From NCBI GenBank assembly GCA_002269645.1, contig NIVC01004787.1, positions 1 to 35,023 on the forward strand: a stretch of DNA of 35,023 bases, read 5' to 3'. Positions 13,202 through 23,006 of the stretch are shown piece by piece. This DNA comes from Macrostomum lignano. Lineage: Eukaryota. A program made the translations under genes and the position numbers. The notes beneath the pieces were generated by a model that saw only the letters and a list, made by a program, of their open reading frames with translations, was not told where the DNA came from and ran no database searches. The number at the start of each line of letters is the position of its first letter. The stretch's first letter is position 1.

Positions 13202-16200
13202 TCACCTTGGAAACCGTCGAGCCTCAACCAGTTTGACCCGGTCGTAGCCCAGTAGGCCGCGCAGCAGCTTCAATTCCTTCTGAGTGGGCTGCTGGTAGAG
13301 CAGAAAATCGTCGCCGTGAACAGAGTAGGGAATCTCGATGAACCGCGCCAGACCAACGTGAAGCGCCACAGTCAGCAGCTTTGTTGTCAGCATCGGGTGC
13401 AGCAGAGCTGCGTCCGAGCTGGTGTCCAGCTGCCGCGGAGCGCCGCCAGCAGCCTGCAGATGATGGTAGGTCCGTCGTTGAGCCAGACAGTCCAGCGTGC
13501 GCCGCTGGCGTTCCAGCTCCTGCATTGTGGCATCGTCGGGCGTCGCGCTAGACGGCGCGTTGGCCAACGAATTCGCCAGAAGGCGCAGCTCGCGCGAGTC
13601 CCACAGGCAGCAGCGCGTGTCGACCGTTAGTCGGACGGCGATGTCCGGTCGACGATCGTGGGGGATCCGCTGCCTGACGTGGAACAGCTCGGGCTGGAGG
13701 GACCAGCTCAAGTCCAGCTGCATCTGCTTGTCACTCCAGCTGTTCAGCAGCTTCAACTCCGCAGGCCGTTGGCCGCAGCGCAATAGCAAGTTGCATCGTT
13801 GGCCACTGTTAGTAGCAAGTCGAGTGACGTGGGATCGCAATGTTTTGCCTTTTAAAGATCTAAGCAGCCTTTTATCTGCTGCTCTGCTTTCTTTCTGGAT
13901 CTCCAGCTGCTCGGGAAGCAGTTGCCAGCAGACCGAGGCGCCTTGGATTCCGGCTGCCACGCCTTCGAGCTTCACGTAGCTGTACTGGCTGAACAGCTCG
14001 GCTTCACTCAGCTTTGCCGCCTCAATCAACCAGCGCATTCGGGTCTCAAGGAAGCGTGAAAGAACTTCTCGTTGTCTGACAATCTCCCAAAATCGCGGCA
14101 GTCGATACTTGCAACACTTTTTTCCTCTCCTCTCCGAGAGAGTTTTTAGCCGTCGCAGCTGAGCTGAGCGGACACTGTTCTCGCCAGATATTTTTGACTT
14201 TCGAGCGAACTTCAGCTTGTAGAGAGCCTGCCGGCGGACTGAACGCATTCGCTCCTGTCGCTTGTCCACCGTTTTCTCCGTTGTTGAATCCCGCTGTTGA
14301 ATGTCCGTTGCTTTGGCTGCTGGTTTTGGAACTTTGCCATTTTTTGGCGGCTGTTTCTTCTCCCGACGGCACATCATGTCGAGTTTCCGCTCAAACTTCT
14401 TAACGATCTCAAGTCTTATCGTATCCATTTTCTTGGAGAATTCGCTAACCAGTCGGTTCTGTTGCATCTGCTCGCTAGAAAGAATTGATGGATGCCTGTA
14501 AACCCGTGTGACATCCTGCTTCTTCATCTCTTTGACTAAAGCCTCTTCGCTATCGTCTGGATGGGGACTTGGTAGGACAGTGACTTCAACGTACTTCTTC
14601 ATCATGTTAGAGATGCGTTTAACATTGGTTTCCGCTGTGTCCACAGTGCGCTGCACCTCGTCGCGGGCCTTTTTAGCGCGTACCGCAAAAGACTCAGTTT
14701 TCTTAGGTTGCACCTCCGCTGGCTTGGGCGTTTCCGCTGGCTGAGATTGCTTCTTTTTCAGTTTTGCCTTCAATCGTTCCTCAGTTGTCATTGGAGTGGA
14801 GTTCATCTTCGGTTTCGTTTGAGCTACAGTCGGTGTACTCTGTGCTGTCTGCGCTTTAGGTGACTTCTTAGCCTGCGGCGAACTATTCTTGATGCCTGCG
14901 TAAAGCGCTTGAAGCAAATTGTACGCCTTTGAGCCCACGATTTTCAAGTCTTGGCTGTCGTATTTCGCGCCCTTTGTGAGTAGCAAATTAGCCAGCGGTA
15001 TTCTTTCACCTGGCGCGTCGTCTGACATGATTGCGAGGTTTAGCACTGTGAAGCCTTCAGGTGATCTCCTGTTCACGTCGGCACCCTTGGCAATCAATTC
15101 CATGGCGATGCTCTGGCTACCCTGCTTGCCGGCAATCATCAGTGGGGTGAAATTGTCACCGCGTCTGGGGATGTCCAGCTTAGCCGTCGGCGGTGTGAGC
15201 ACGTTGACCATAGCCAAGTCTTTCTGCCTGCAGGCAATATGAAGCGGAGTTTCTCCATCGCTTGAGAAAAATTCGAGATTTGGATTCGTTGCCTGAAGAA
15301 TAAATTTCATTGCTTCTAGGCTTCTCCTCTCGGCAGCAATGTGCAGCAAGGTGTACTGCTTTCCTTCGTAATCGAATAATGAGTCCATATTAAAATGCTC
15401 CAGAGTGTTCCGCGTTGTTAAAACTTTTAACAAATTGGTTCGATTTAGCAGAACACTGTAGTACAAAGCGTTGCGACCTTGTGAGTCCATTTGAAATGGA
15501 TCCGCATTGGAGTCGAGTAGAAGCTCGAGCAGAACTGTGCCATTCAGCGTAGCAGCGATCGAGCAGGGCGTCTTGCATTCAGACTTACCCTCCGGCATCA
15601 AGTTCGGATTAGCTTTATGATTAAGCAACACTGTGGAAATATTTAAGCTAGCGGTTTGTACTGCCAAACTTAGAGCGCTGAAGCCTTTCTTGCTAAGCAT
15701 GTTGACGCTCGCGGAAGCTTTCAGAAGGCGTTCAACAATTCCAAGACTACCGCTACGCGTAGCGGCCATCAGAGGTGTCACGCCTTTGGCGTCAGCGCAG
15801 TCCGGTTGAAACCCTCGATCGAGGAGGAACGAGACGATGTCTTCAGTGCGGTTCTCGCAAGCAACGCAGAGTAGCGGCGTCTCTGAGCAGCTATTGGCCT
15901 TTTCGAGGCTTGCACCTGAATCTAGCAACAATTTCACCAAGTTCAGGTTCTTGGACATGATTGCCAGACGAATGGGCATCTCAGCCGCCAAGTTTGGCTC
16001 GTTGATAAGCCTCACCAAAGCTGGAAGCTCCGTCAAGTAGCGAACGATAGACTCGCGGCCAAGACGCGCCGCAGCGTGCAGCACCGTATTGCCAGCAGAG
16101 TCCTTGCCGTCGGGCTGCAGAACTTTGTGGTGCACCAAAATCAAGTGCTGCAGCATTGACAGCTCGGCGTACTCAGCGACGTGGAACAAAGCTGTCCGGC

Positions 16201-17071
16201 CCTTGTCGTCGGCAGCGTCGATTGCAACACCCTGCTTCATCATTTCAGCGACGAATGTCTTTTGATCCCATGGCTTAGCCGCCTCGTTATTAGATGGGCC
16301 AAAGTCGACGGGGTCGCTGTCAGCGGTTGAGCAGCTAATCTGGGGTCGTTGGCAAGCCAGCATGATGACTGTCCGCCCGTCTTCAGTGACAGCCTTAACA
16401 TCGGCGCCCCACTTTATTAGCCTGGCCGCCATGGAAAACTTTCCAGCTTCTACAGCGTGCAGCAGTGGAGTATAGCCTGCCGAATCCCGATCGTTAATTA
16501 TCTCCGCAAGCCTGCTCTCGCTGATGTACTTGTAAATTGGCCAGGCTTTGCCAGCTCTAGCCAGCATCATGAGCACAGTGCGGCCATGCCGATCCCTGAC
16601 AGCGAGATCGGCTCCGGTTTTCTCCACCAGCAGGTGCTCAACTATGGCCACGTGACCACATTCGGCCGCAACAAACAGAGCGGTCTTACCGTCCCGATCA
16701 ACTGGAACCTGACTGGCGCCGGCTCCCAGGAGACACCGGGCGAGCTCTAGACGACCCTCGGCTAGCGCGTGCATTAGAGCTGTTCGACCCTTGGCGTCTT
16801 GAATGTCCAGCTTGGCGCCATAGTTAACCAGGAGTCGCAATAGCGGCTGGTGACCGTTCTTAGCCGCCAAGATCAACGGCGTTTGGCCATCCAAGTTTAG
16901 ATCGTTGATGTTGGCCCCGTTCTTGACAAGACATCGGACTACGTCCAAATGGCCATTGGACGAAGCTGCTAGTATCGGACTTAAGCCGTCTCTCTTAGAC
17001 TTCTCGTTGACTACTCTGTACTTGGTCAGCTCAAAGCTTCGCAGATCAGCTGGAGTCAGCCGCCTGTCCAT
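13202..17071 (-). CDS. Nested antisense gene with an intronless CDS: ~1289 aa ankyrin-repeat protein (~19 ANK repeats, basic linker, unassigned C-terminal region)
   Basis: Uninterrupted ORF open from 17104; first ATG at 17071 in context ttaacaATGg; TGA at 13202. Repeated G-x-T-[PA]-L-[HM]-x-A..G..V..LL..GA motifs over roughly residues 40-725 (~16990-14930). Confidence 0.88.
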   Translation of the reverse strand: MDRRLTPADLRSFELTKYRVVNEKSKRDGLSPILAASSNGHLDVVRCLVKNGANINDLNLDGQTPLILAAKNGHQPLLRLLVNYGAKLDIQDAKGRTALMHALAEGRLELARCLLGAGASQVPVDRDGKTALFVAAECGHVAIVEHLLVEKTGADLAVRDRHGRTVLMMLARAGKAWPIYKYISESRLAEIINDRDSAGYTPLLHAVEAGKFSMAARLIKWGADVKAVTEDGRTVIMLACQRPQISCSTADSDPVDFGPSNNEAAKPWDQKTFVAEMMKQGVAIDAADDKGRTALFHVAEYAELSMLQHLILVHHKVLQPDGKDSAGNTVLHAAARLGRESIVRYLTELPALVRLINEPNLAAEMPIRLAIMSKNLNLVKLLLDSGASLEKANSCSETPLLCVACENRTEDIVSFLLDRGFQPDCADAKGVTPLMAATRSGSLGIVERLLKASASVNMLSKKGFSALSLAVQTASLNISTVLLNHKANPNLMPEGKSECKTPCSIAATLNGTVLLELLLDSNADPFQMDSQGRNALYYSVLLNRTNLLKVLTTRNTLEHFNMDSLFDYEGKQYTLLHIAAERRSLEAMKFILQATNPNLEFFSSDGETPLHIACRQKDLAMVNVLTPPTAKLDIPRRGDNFTPLMIAGKQGSQSIAMELIAKGADVNRRSPEGFTVLNLAIMSDDAPGERIPLANLLLTKGAKYDSQDLKIVGSKAYNLLQALYAGIKNSSPQAKKSPKAQTAQSTPTVAQTKPKMNSTPMTTEERLKAKLKKKQSQPAETPKPAEVQPKKTESFAVRAKKARDEVQRTVDTAETNVKRISNMMKKYVEVTVLPSPHPDDSEEALVKEMKKQDVTRVYRHPSILSSEQMQQNRLVSEFSKKMDTIRLEIVKKFERKLDMMCRREKKQPPKNGKVPKPAAKATDIQQRDSTTEKTVDKRQERMRSVRRQALYKLKFARKSKISGENSVRSAQLRRLKTLSERRGKKCCKYRLPRFWEIVRQREVLSRFLETRMRWLIEAAKLSEAELFSQYSYVKLEGVAAGIQGASVCWQLLPEQLEIQKESRAADKRLLRSLKGKTLRSHVTRLATNSGQRCNLLLRCGQRPAELKLLNSWSDKQMQLDLSWSLQPELFHVRQRIPHDRRPDIAVRLTVDTRCCLWDSRELRLLANSLANAPSSATPDDATMQELERQRRTLDCLAQRRTYHHLQAAGGAPRQLDTSSDAALLHPMLTTKLLTVALHVGLARFIEIPYSVHGDDFLLYQQPTQKELKLLRGLLGYDRVKLVEARRFPR

Positions 17072-18014
17072 TGTTAAGACTCTGTTGACGGCTTTTAGTC
17101 CCAACTAGCAACGAAGCTTGCAATAAAGCTGGCTCCAGCTTTCAAAAACCGTTTTGCAACAACGCTGTGGGTTTAGTAGGAACCAACATTATAAAGCATG
17201 CAGCCAGGGTTTCCACGGAAAAGCCTTTTCAATCTCAAAGCATGCGCGGCACGACCGCGAATAAACCAAGGGCCGGCCCTAGCCTGATAGTGATAGTACT
17301 CAGTCCGTGTACTGTACGCCCCAACACACGCTGGGGTTGTCGCAGTGTACACACCGCTTGAACGCGCCTAAACGTACGAAAGCGCTAATCTAGATTCAGA
17401 AAGACTGTCTTCTTTAATAACAAAATGCAAAATAAAGCTGAAACTCGACTCAACGCTTTCGCAAAAACCATTGCCTGCCTTCTTTTATATGAAGTGGAGG
17501 TTCATGTTTCAGCCGCCTTTGATACCAGACTAGAAGGGCTAGAGCAAGTTTAAACTCGATTTAGGCAAAAGGCTTACTAGCTTACTGTGTGTACTGGCCC
17601 TAATGCCCTTCCTCTCTTTCCCGTGTGTGTCAAGAAACTTGCTCTAGCAGGCAGGAACAGGGGGAATGCGCTGCTAATTCAGCTATATTTTCTTCTTAAC
17701 CCTCGCCTCTCCTCCTTTAGCCTTTCCATTCTTCTCTCTCTCAAGGGAGTGATAGCGGAAGAGAGAGGAGAGGGAATGGGGGGGTGTTTTGGGGGGGGGG
17801 GTTGCCTTTCAGTGTACGAGCGTAAAAACTGGGGAGAGGGGGGGGGTTGGGGCATTGTACAGTCCAGCTGCGTTTATTTTTATCTGACCATCGTTTGACC
17901 CTACTGCTAGTAGCCAAGCAAGAACTCTTTCGACATTCGATGCAAGTCGAGTCGATGTTAAGTGACTTTAATAAAATAAGTTTTGATTTCCATTTATCCC
18001 ATCTCCTTCGCCAG

Positions 18015-18758
18015 GTGAATGGCAAAAAGCTTTACGGCTTGAATCATCTCGAGGTGGTTGAGATTCTAAAAAACTTGCCGAAATATGTTCGAATCGTGTG
18101 CGCAAGGCCAGTGCAGAACCGTCTGCAGCAGGAGGACGGAGACGTGGCGGCAGCTTGCAGAGACGATGCCGACAGTCTCGACATCGACCAGATGGACGAC
18201 GACGATTTGATGACAACTCGGAGCCGGACGACTCGAGAGTCGCAGCCCGAGGCAGACTTAAGCGCCGCAGACGGGAACGCCAACACTGCGACGCTGCCTT
18301 CAAGAGGCGGCAGCGGCAGCGGGAACAACAAGAGTCAATCATTCGACGATTTTTCCAACACCGGCTACTGGTCGAATATTCCGACAGTGGTGGAGCTGGA
18401 AAAGACACCCGCTGGCCTGGGCTTCAGCGTGTTGGACTATCAAGATCCGCTGAGCGCCGATGAGACGGTGATCATCATACGCAGTCTGGTGCCGAACGGA
18501 GCAGCGCACAGGGACGGCCGACTTCTGCCTGGCGATCGTCTGCTGTTCGTGAACGACACCAACTTGGAACGGGCCAGCCTGGAGGAGACGGTTCGCTGCT
18601 TGAAATCCGCGCCCCGCGGTCGCATTGCCATCGGGGTGGCCAAGCCCCGACCGTTGGCGTCGGCATCGGCGGAGCGCAAGACCAGCATCGTGGACAATCG
18701 GCATCTGCCTGCGTCGAGCGGGCCGCGGCAGAGGCGGCAGCAGCAATGGCTTAAGACG
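18015..18758 (+). CDS. MPDZ: MPDZ/PATJ exon: end of PDZ4-equivalent, linker, complete PDZ5-equivalent
   Basis: Acceptor ccttcgccag|; starts VNGKKLYGLNHLEVVEILKNLPKYVRIVCAR, continuing DELLE|VNG. Contains VELEKTPAGLGFSVLDYQDPLSADETVIIIRSLVPNGAAHRDGRLLPGDRLLFVNDTNLERASLEETVRCLKSAPRGRIAIGVAKP, very close to MPDZ PDZ5. Donor acg|gtaagt (phase 0). Confidence 0.93.
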
Positions 18759-19193
18759 GTAAGTCTTCTCATGGGAGAAACAATATTCCCAATTATTTTC
18801 TTTGCTCCAATTTAGCCGGATGCCTATCGCTCGAAGCTTTGTTCACTGAATCCTGAATATTGTTCACGGAAAGGAATATTATAATTAATCCTACTTCCCA
18901 GCGAAAGTTCGCAGGTTTCTGATTTTAGCTCGTAAATCAGCTATACGTATTTCTTTGTACTCGAATTTTTGGAAGGATGGAAGAACTTCATGCGTCACAG
19001 CGCCGATCAGGTTAAAGTTAAGCGTGTTGTTTCATATTGACTGCGAGATACGAAGCTTTTTTGCAGTAGCTCGTGTACTTTCCCAGCACGAATCTGACGG
19101 AAATTTGACAAAATTGACAACTTCTTTACCTTAGAAAACATGGCAATCAAAGCAAAAAAAACTTTGAATCCCAATTGCCTGGTTTGGCTGCAG

Positions 19194-19928
19194 TCAAACC
19201 TGTCAACGCCTCAGCTGTCGCAGCATCAGCAACAGACTGCAGTCAAGCACCGGCCAATTCAGATCAGCAGCTCCTCCGTGTCCTCTCGACTGGACAGCAT
19301 CGAAGAGGATTTCGCTGGCACCGACAGCTGCCTGCGAGAGCACGCAAGAGCTCTGCGGCTCGACCTGACTAACAGCATCGACCCCGACTCTTGTCAGCGA
19401 GGCTCGAAATTTTCCAGCGCAGGCACTCGATCAAGAGCCTCTGTTGACTCCTCCGCAGCTACCGAGGAAGAACTGCGCCACTCGGAGACTCCCAGTTCGG
19501 AAGTGTTGAATTGCTATAGTGCACAGATTGTGCAGCAAGCAATGTCCACTGTGCTGGCACAGCTGGCTTCGGAATACAAGCCCAGGCCTCATCCCAGCAC
19601 CACCAGTACGAGGAGCTCGGTCGCCTCCACCCTGTCCCCTTTCGACACTGCCGATCCGCTGTCCATTGTTGAGTGCCATGACGACGAAGCCAACTCTGCT
19701 CATCGAATCGTTGCCTCGGCAATTGAAGCGGCTCGCAGACAACTGCTCCAGCAAGATCGACACATGCCGGACGGGAAAACTGTTCTCACCTACGCTTCTT
19801 CCAAAACATCGGCGTCTTCCTCTTCATTAAATAGTTTGGCGTCATCCTCGTCATCCGGAGACATGCTGATCGAGCTGGAGCAAGTCGAAGACTGCGGCTC
19901 CGACACCGATGCGCTGTTCAACCACCAG
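19194..19928 (+). CDS. MPDZ: MPDZ/PATJ exon: Ser-rich, probably disordered linker between PDZ5 and PDZ6
   Basis: Lies within open frame 19140-20096; acceptor ttggctgcag| (phase 0), donor cag|gtgaga (phase 0); coding-like composition. The 5' boundary is less certain. Confidence 0.75.
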
Positions 19929-20214
19929 GTGAGACAGAGCAGCTCCCACGAAGAGACGCACCCTTCCGCTCGACGCGTCGTCAATGTCTGTCGTGTTGTG
20001 GTACCTGTCCTTTTTAGTTATGCAGCTAATAGTTATAATAAAAGACCCTGCTTGAAGGCTTCTTTCTGTTCTAACAGTAGGTTAACACTTACCTAACTGC
20101 ATGTCGTCGTTAGTTGAGTATTTTTTTTGTGTCGTTAATTATGATTTTTTTTTGTATTTTCTCTGTGTTAGATTTTACACTTTGCTGTAAGTTCAATGCG
20201 TACTTTTACACCAG

Positions 20215-20274
20215 ATCGACGTACTTGACGCGGATTTATACACAGCTTTCAGCTACCAGCGATCTACTCTGGAG
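20215..20274 (+). CDS. MPDZ: Candidate 60-nt symmetric (phase 0-0) MPDZ exon IDVLDADLYTAFSYQRSTLE
   Basis: Pyrimidine-rich acceptor ending caccag|, donor gag|gtaacc, open frame, length a multiple of 3, joins in frame between ..LFNHQ and ELLDAE.. Confidence 0.55.
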
Positions 20275-20794
20275 GTAACCTTACCAACATAAATCACAGA
20301 TGTAGCATCGCATGTGCACATTGAATAAATTCTTTAGGAGCTATTTGTCAATAATTGAGCATGATGTTGGTGAAATCAACGACCATATATCCCTGTCACA
20401 GTTGAGAGTTGGACTGATCGGTAATCGAGATCAATACCCAGCGAGGTGAATGGGTCATGGTAGTTTGAGAAGCTTGACAATTTTTTATCCAAAGCAAAAC
20501 TGCTTACAAAATTTCTGATACTTCAGAGCAGTTTGATCCTGTCAGCTTCTACTATTCATGTAGCTCTAACAAGTGCATTGAGTAGAACCTGAGAACCCGT
20601 TTTTGCGCTTCTCGATTGAATATTATAGTTACTCAGCAGCAGCTACATACACTGTAGTCACGCGGCACAAAACTGTCACTGGTGACGTGTTGAGGCCGGT
20701 TTGCGATAGACTAGTAGCTCCGCAGTTGGAATATTGCGCAAACGTATTTTAAAAATGGTCTTTAACAACTTTAAACGGATTTAGCAGCAAAGGC

Positions 20795-21030
20795 CAAGGG
20801 CTTTAGCACCAGGGGATTAAGCACCAGGGGCTTTAGCACCAGGGGATTTAGCACTAGGGGCTTTAGCACCAGGGGATTTAAGCACCAGGGGCTTTAGCAC
20901 CAGTTTAGCACCAGGGGCTTTAGCTTTAGCACCAGGGGCTTTAGCACCAGGGGCTTTATTTTAGCACAGTGCACCAGGGGCAACCAGGGGCTTAGCTTTA
21001 GCACCAGGGGCTTTAGCACCAGAGCTTTAG
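20795..21030. repeat. Minisatellite, 15-16 bp unit CTTTAGCACCAGGGG
   Basis: Direct inspection. Confidence 0.92.
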
Positions 21031-21073
21031 CCAGCTTGCAACAGGGGCTGTTTCCAGGTCTCGTCGTCCACAG

Positions 21074-21202
21074 GAGCTGCTCGATGCAGAAGCGGAAATC
21101 GACGACGAAGAGGACGAATTGGTGCTGATGCGACCGCCGCGACAGGTGGCCTTCGGCGGTGCCACGTCGATCAGCTACTTCGGTGCATCTACTCCTCCGC
21201 AG
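21074..21202 (+). CDS. MPDZ: MPDZ/PATJ acidic linker exon (ELLDAEAEIDDEEDELVLMRPPRQVAFGGATSISYFGASTPPQ)
   Basis: Acceptor gtccacag|, donor cag|gttcgt, phase 0-0, 129 nt. Confidence 0.72.
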
Positions 21203-21351
21203 GTTCGTGCTGTGAGTTGGCCACGTAGTTTGAGTACAGGGTTTTGCTATGCGCCACTTTTTATTAAATACGGGGTGAAGCAAGCAGCCTACTTAGTTTC
21301 AGACTAACCTCTGACAATTCCGCTTAACTCTGCTTAAAATCAACACCGCAG

Positions 21352-21641
21352 GTGTCTCAACCGATGCAGCTGCAGTTGCCGCAGTCAATGGAGCGCTGCC
21401 TTCATATCAGACCTCGTCCTGGCGACACCCTCGAACTCGGCCTCGTAGTTGAGTCAGTGGACTCTGGCGTCAACGGGTGCATCATCCGCAGAGTCCTTGA
21501 GGGCGGCCTCGCCCACTCCGAGGGCAGCCTGCAACCGTGCGATTTTGTGACGGCCGTCAACTCGGAGTCTCTGCGGCGCCTGACAACGTCCGAGGCGAGA
21601 GAGCGACTTCGATGCGCGGGCGCACTTGGCCGAGATTTGTT
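21352..21641 (+). CDS. MPDZ: MPDZ/PATJ exon: PDZ6-equivalent domain
   Basis: Acceptor caccgcag|. MERCLHIRPRPGDTLELGLVVESVDSGVNGCIIRRVLEGGLAHSEGSLQPCDFVTAVNSESLRRLTTSEARERLR aligns by eye to MPDZ PDZ6. Donor tt|gtgaga (phase 2). Confidence 0.85.
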
Positions 21642-21863
21642 GTGAGACTCTTTGAATCTTTGATAGAGCGCTTCTTCAGAGTCGAGAAGGAAGTGCTGAA
21701 TTAGCGAACATGGCTTTTTACCATTGGCTCTCGTGCAAGTTGACGAGCAATAAAATGCGCTGTTACGTCATCCCGTCTTCCCGGAGTTGATAGCGCACAG
21801 ATTTAATACTTCAAGTAGTTGATACAAAATCGTTTGTTTCCTCCATCACTTAATTCACTCCAG

Positions 21864-21980
21864 CATCCGATACTACTCAGCGGCAGACATATCTCGACAC
21901 CTGACATCGTTCAAATCGCACCAATCTGAGTCGCAGAGCTCAGCGGAGCACGGGCTGCATAGTCGCTACGAGTATGCTAT
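21864..21980 (+). CDS. MPDZ: MPDZ/PATJ exon: last strand of PDZ6 plus linker (FIRYYSAADISRHL..RYEYA)
   Basis: Acceptor cactccag|, phase 2-2, donor at|gtgagt. The spliced RDL-FIRYY matches the MPDZ PDI-KITYV position. Confidence 0.8.
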
Positions 21981-22224
21981 GTGAGTCATCTTCACGTATT
22001 ATTCCTTGTTGATGACGTTGGCAACTATTTCTAATTACATGTAATCGAATTCAGTAACATATTCGTAGAATTTGGCTCTGTTACCTGTTTGACTGTAAGA
22101 CGGTAAATTCCACCTTTAGGACAGGTAAATCCACCTGTAAAACGAGTAGCTTAAGTCACAAGCTGGGAGATACTAACAACTGGTAGATACCAAGAAAATT
22201 TCAATCGCCCAACGCAATCTTCAG

Positions 22225-22690
22225 CGTCCACTATTCGGACGAAGATCAGCGTAGCGGCTCAATGTCACCTCAGCCCACCAAGCCAGCGAGGACCAACGGA
22301 GCAGTCGACAGCGAGTCGATCATCTATCTAGACGAGGACGAGCGCGCCCTGGCCGAGGCGGCGGCAGAACAGGTCCCAACTGAAGCGGAAGTGCCAACAG
22401 CCGACGAAGAGCCCGCAGCGACGCCAGCGCAGACGCTGCCGCAGGCACGCGAGAAGTCGTTGTCGCTGGATGGCTCTCCGGCGAACGCCAACGCCAGCAG
22501 CTGGAGCGAGCCGCGGCTGGTCAGACTGCGCCGGGATGCCAACCGCAGTCTCGGGGTCAGCATTGTGGGCGGCCGAGTCAACGGCCACGACCTGCAGCAG
22601 GGCATCAGCGGAGTCTTCATCAAGCAGGTGGCCGAGGCTGAGTCCAATAGGCGAGACGGCGTGCTCAGGACTGGCGATAGGATTTTGGCG
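22225..22690 (+). CDS. MPDZ: MPDZ/PATJ exon: linker plus N-terminal part of PDZ7-equivalent
   Basis: Acceptor tcttcag| (phase 2). WSEPRLVRLRRDANRSLGVSIVGGRVNG..GVFIKQV..GVLRTGDRILA resembles MPDZ PDZ7 (WNQPRRVELWREPSKSLGISIVGGR). Donor gcg|gtgagg (phase 0). Confidence 0.88.
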
Positions 22691-22719
22691 GTGAGGCTTA
22701 CTAATAAAGCAATGGTGCC

Positions 22720-22888
22720 GTCCTGACATCCTGACCTCCTGACATTCTGCTATCCTGACATCCTGACATCCTGATATCCTGACATCCTGCCATCCTGCCA
22801 TCCTGCCATCCTGACATCCTGACATCCTGACATCCTGACATCCTGCCATCCTGACATCCTGACATCCTGACATCCTGACATCCTGATA
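22720..22888 (+). repeat. Octamer array (CCTGACAT/CCTGCCAT)n
   Basis: Direct inspection; reverse complement of the array at 28636-29183. Confidence 0.93.
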
Positions 22889-23006
22889 CATCAAACAATC
22901 GCTGTCTCTGCATTAAAATATTGCTTTACTTGCAGTAATCGAATATTACACACAACCTATTCTAGAATCAATAAATGAAGATCAATAACTTATTCATTAC
23001 GCCCAG

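Noticed and set aside
13316-17108. Plus-strand ORFs overlapping the ankyrin gene
   Set aside because: Shadow frames of a long GC-rich CDS; no domain signal and no role in the MPDZ exon chain.
19140-19193. ATG at 19140 as the start of an independent 318-aa gene
   Set aside because: Better explained as intronic sequence that happens to be in frame with a phase-0 MPDZ exon; the N-terminal extension is AT-rich and contains the acceptor.
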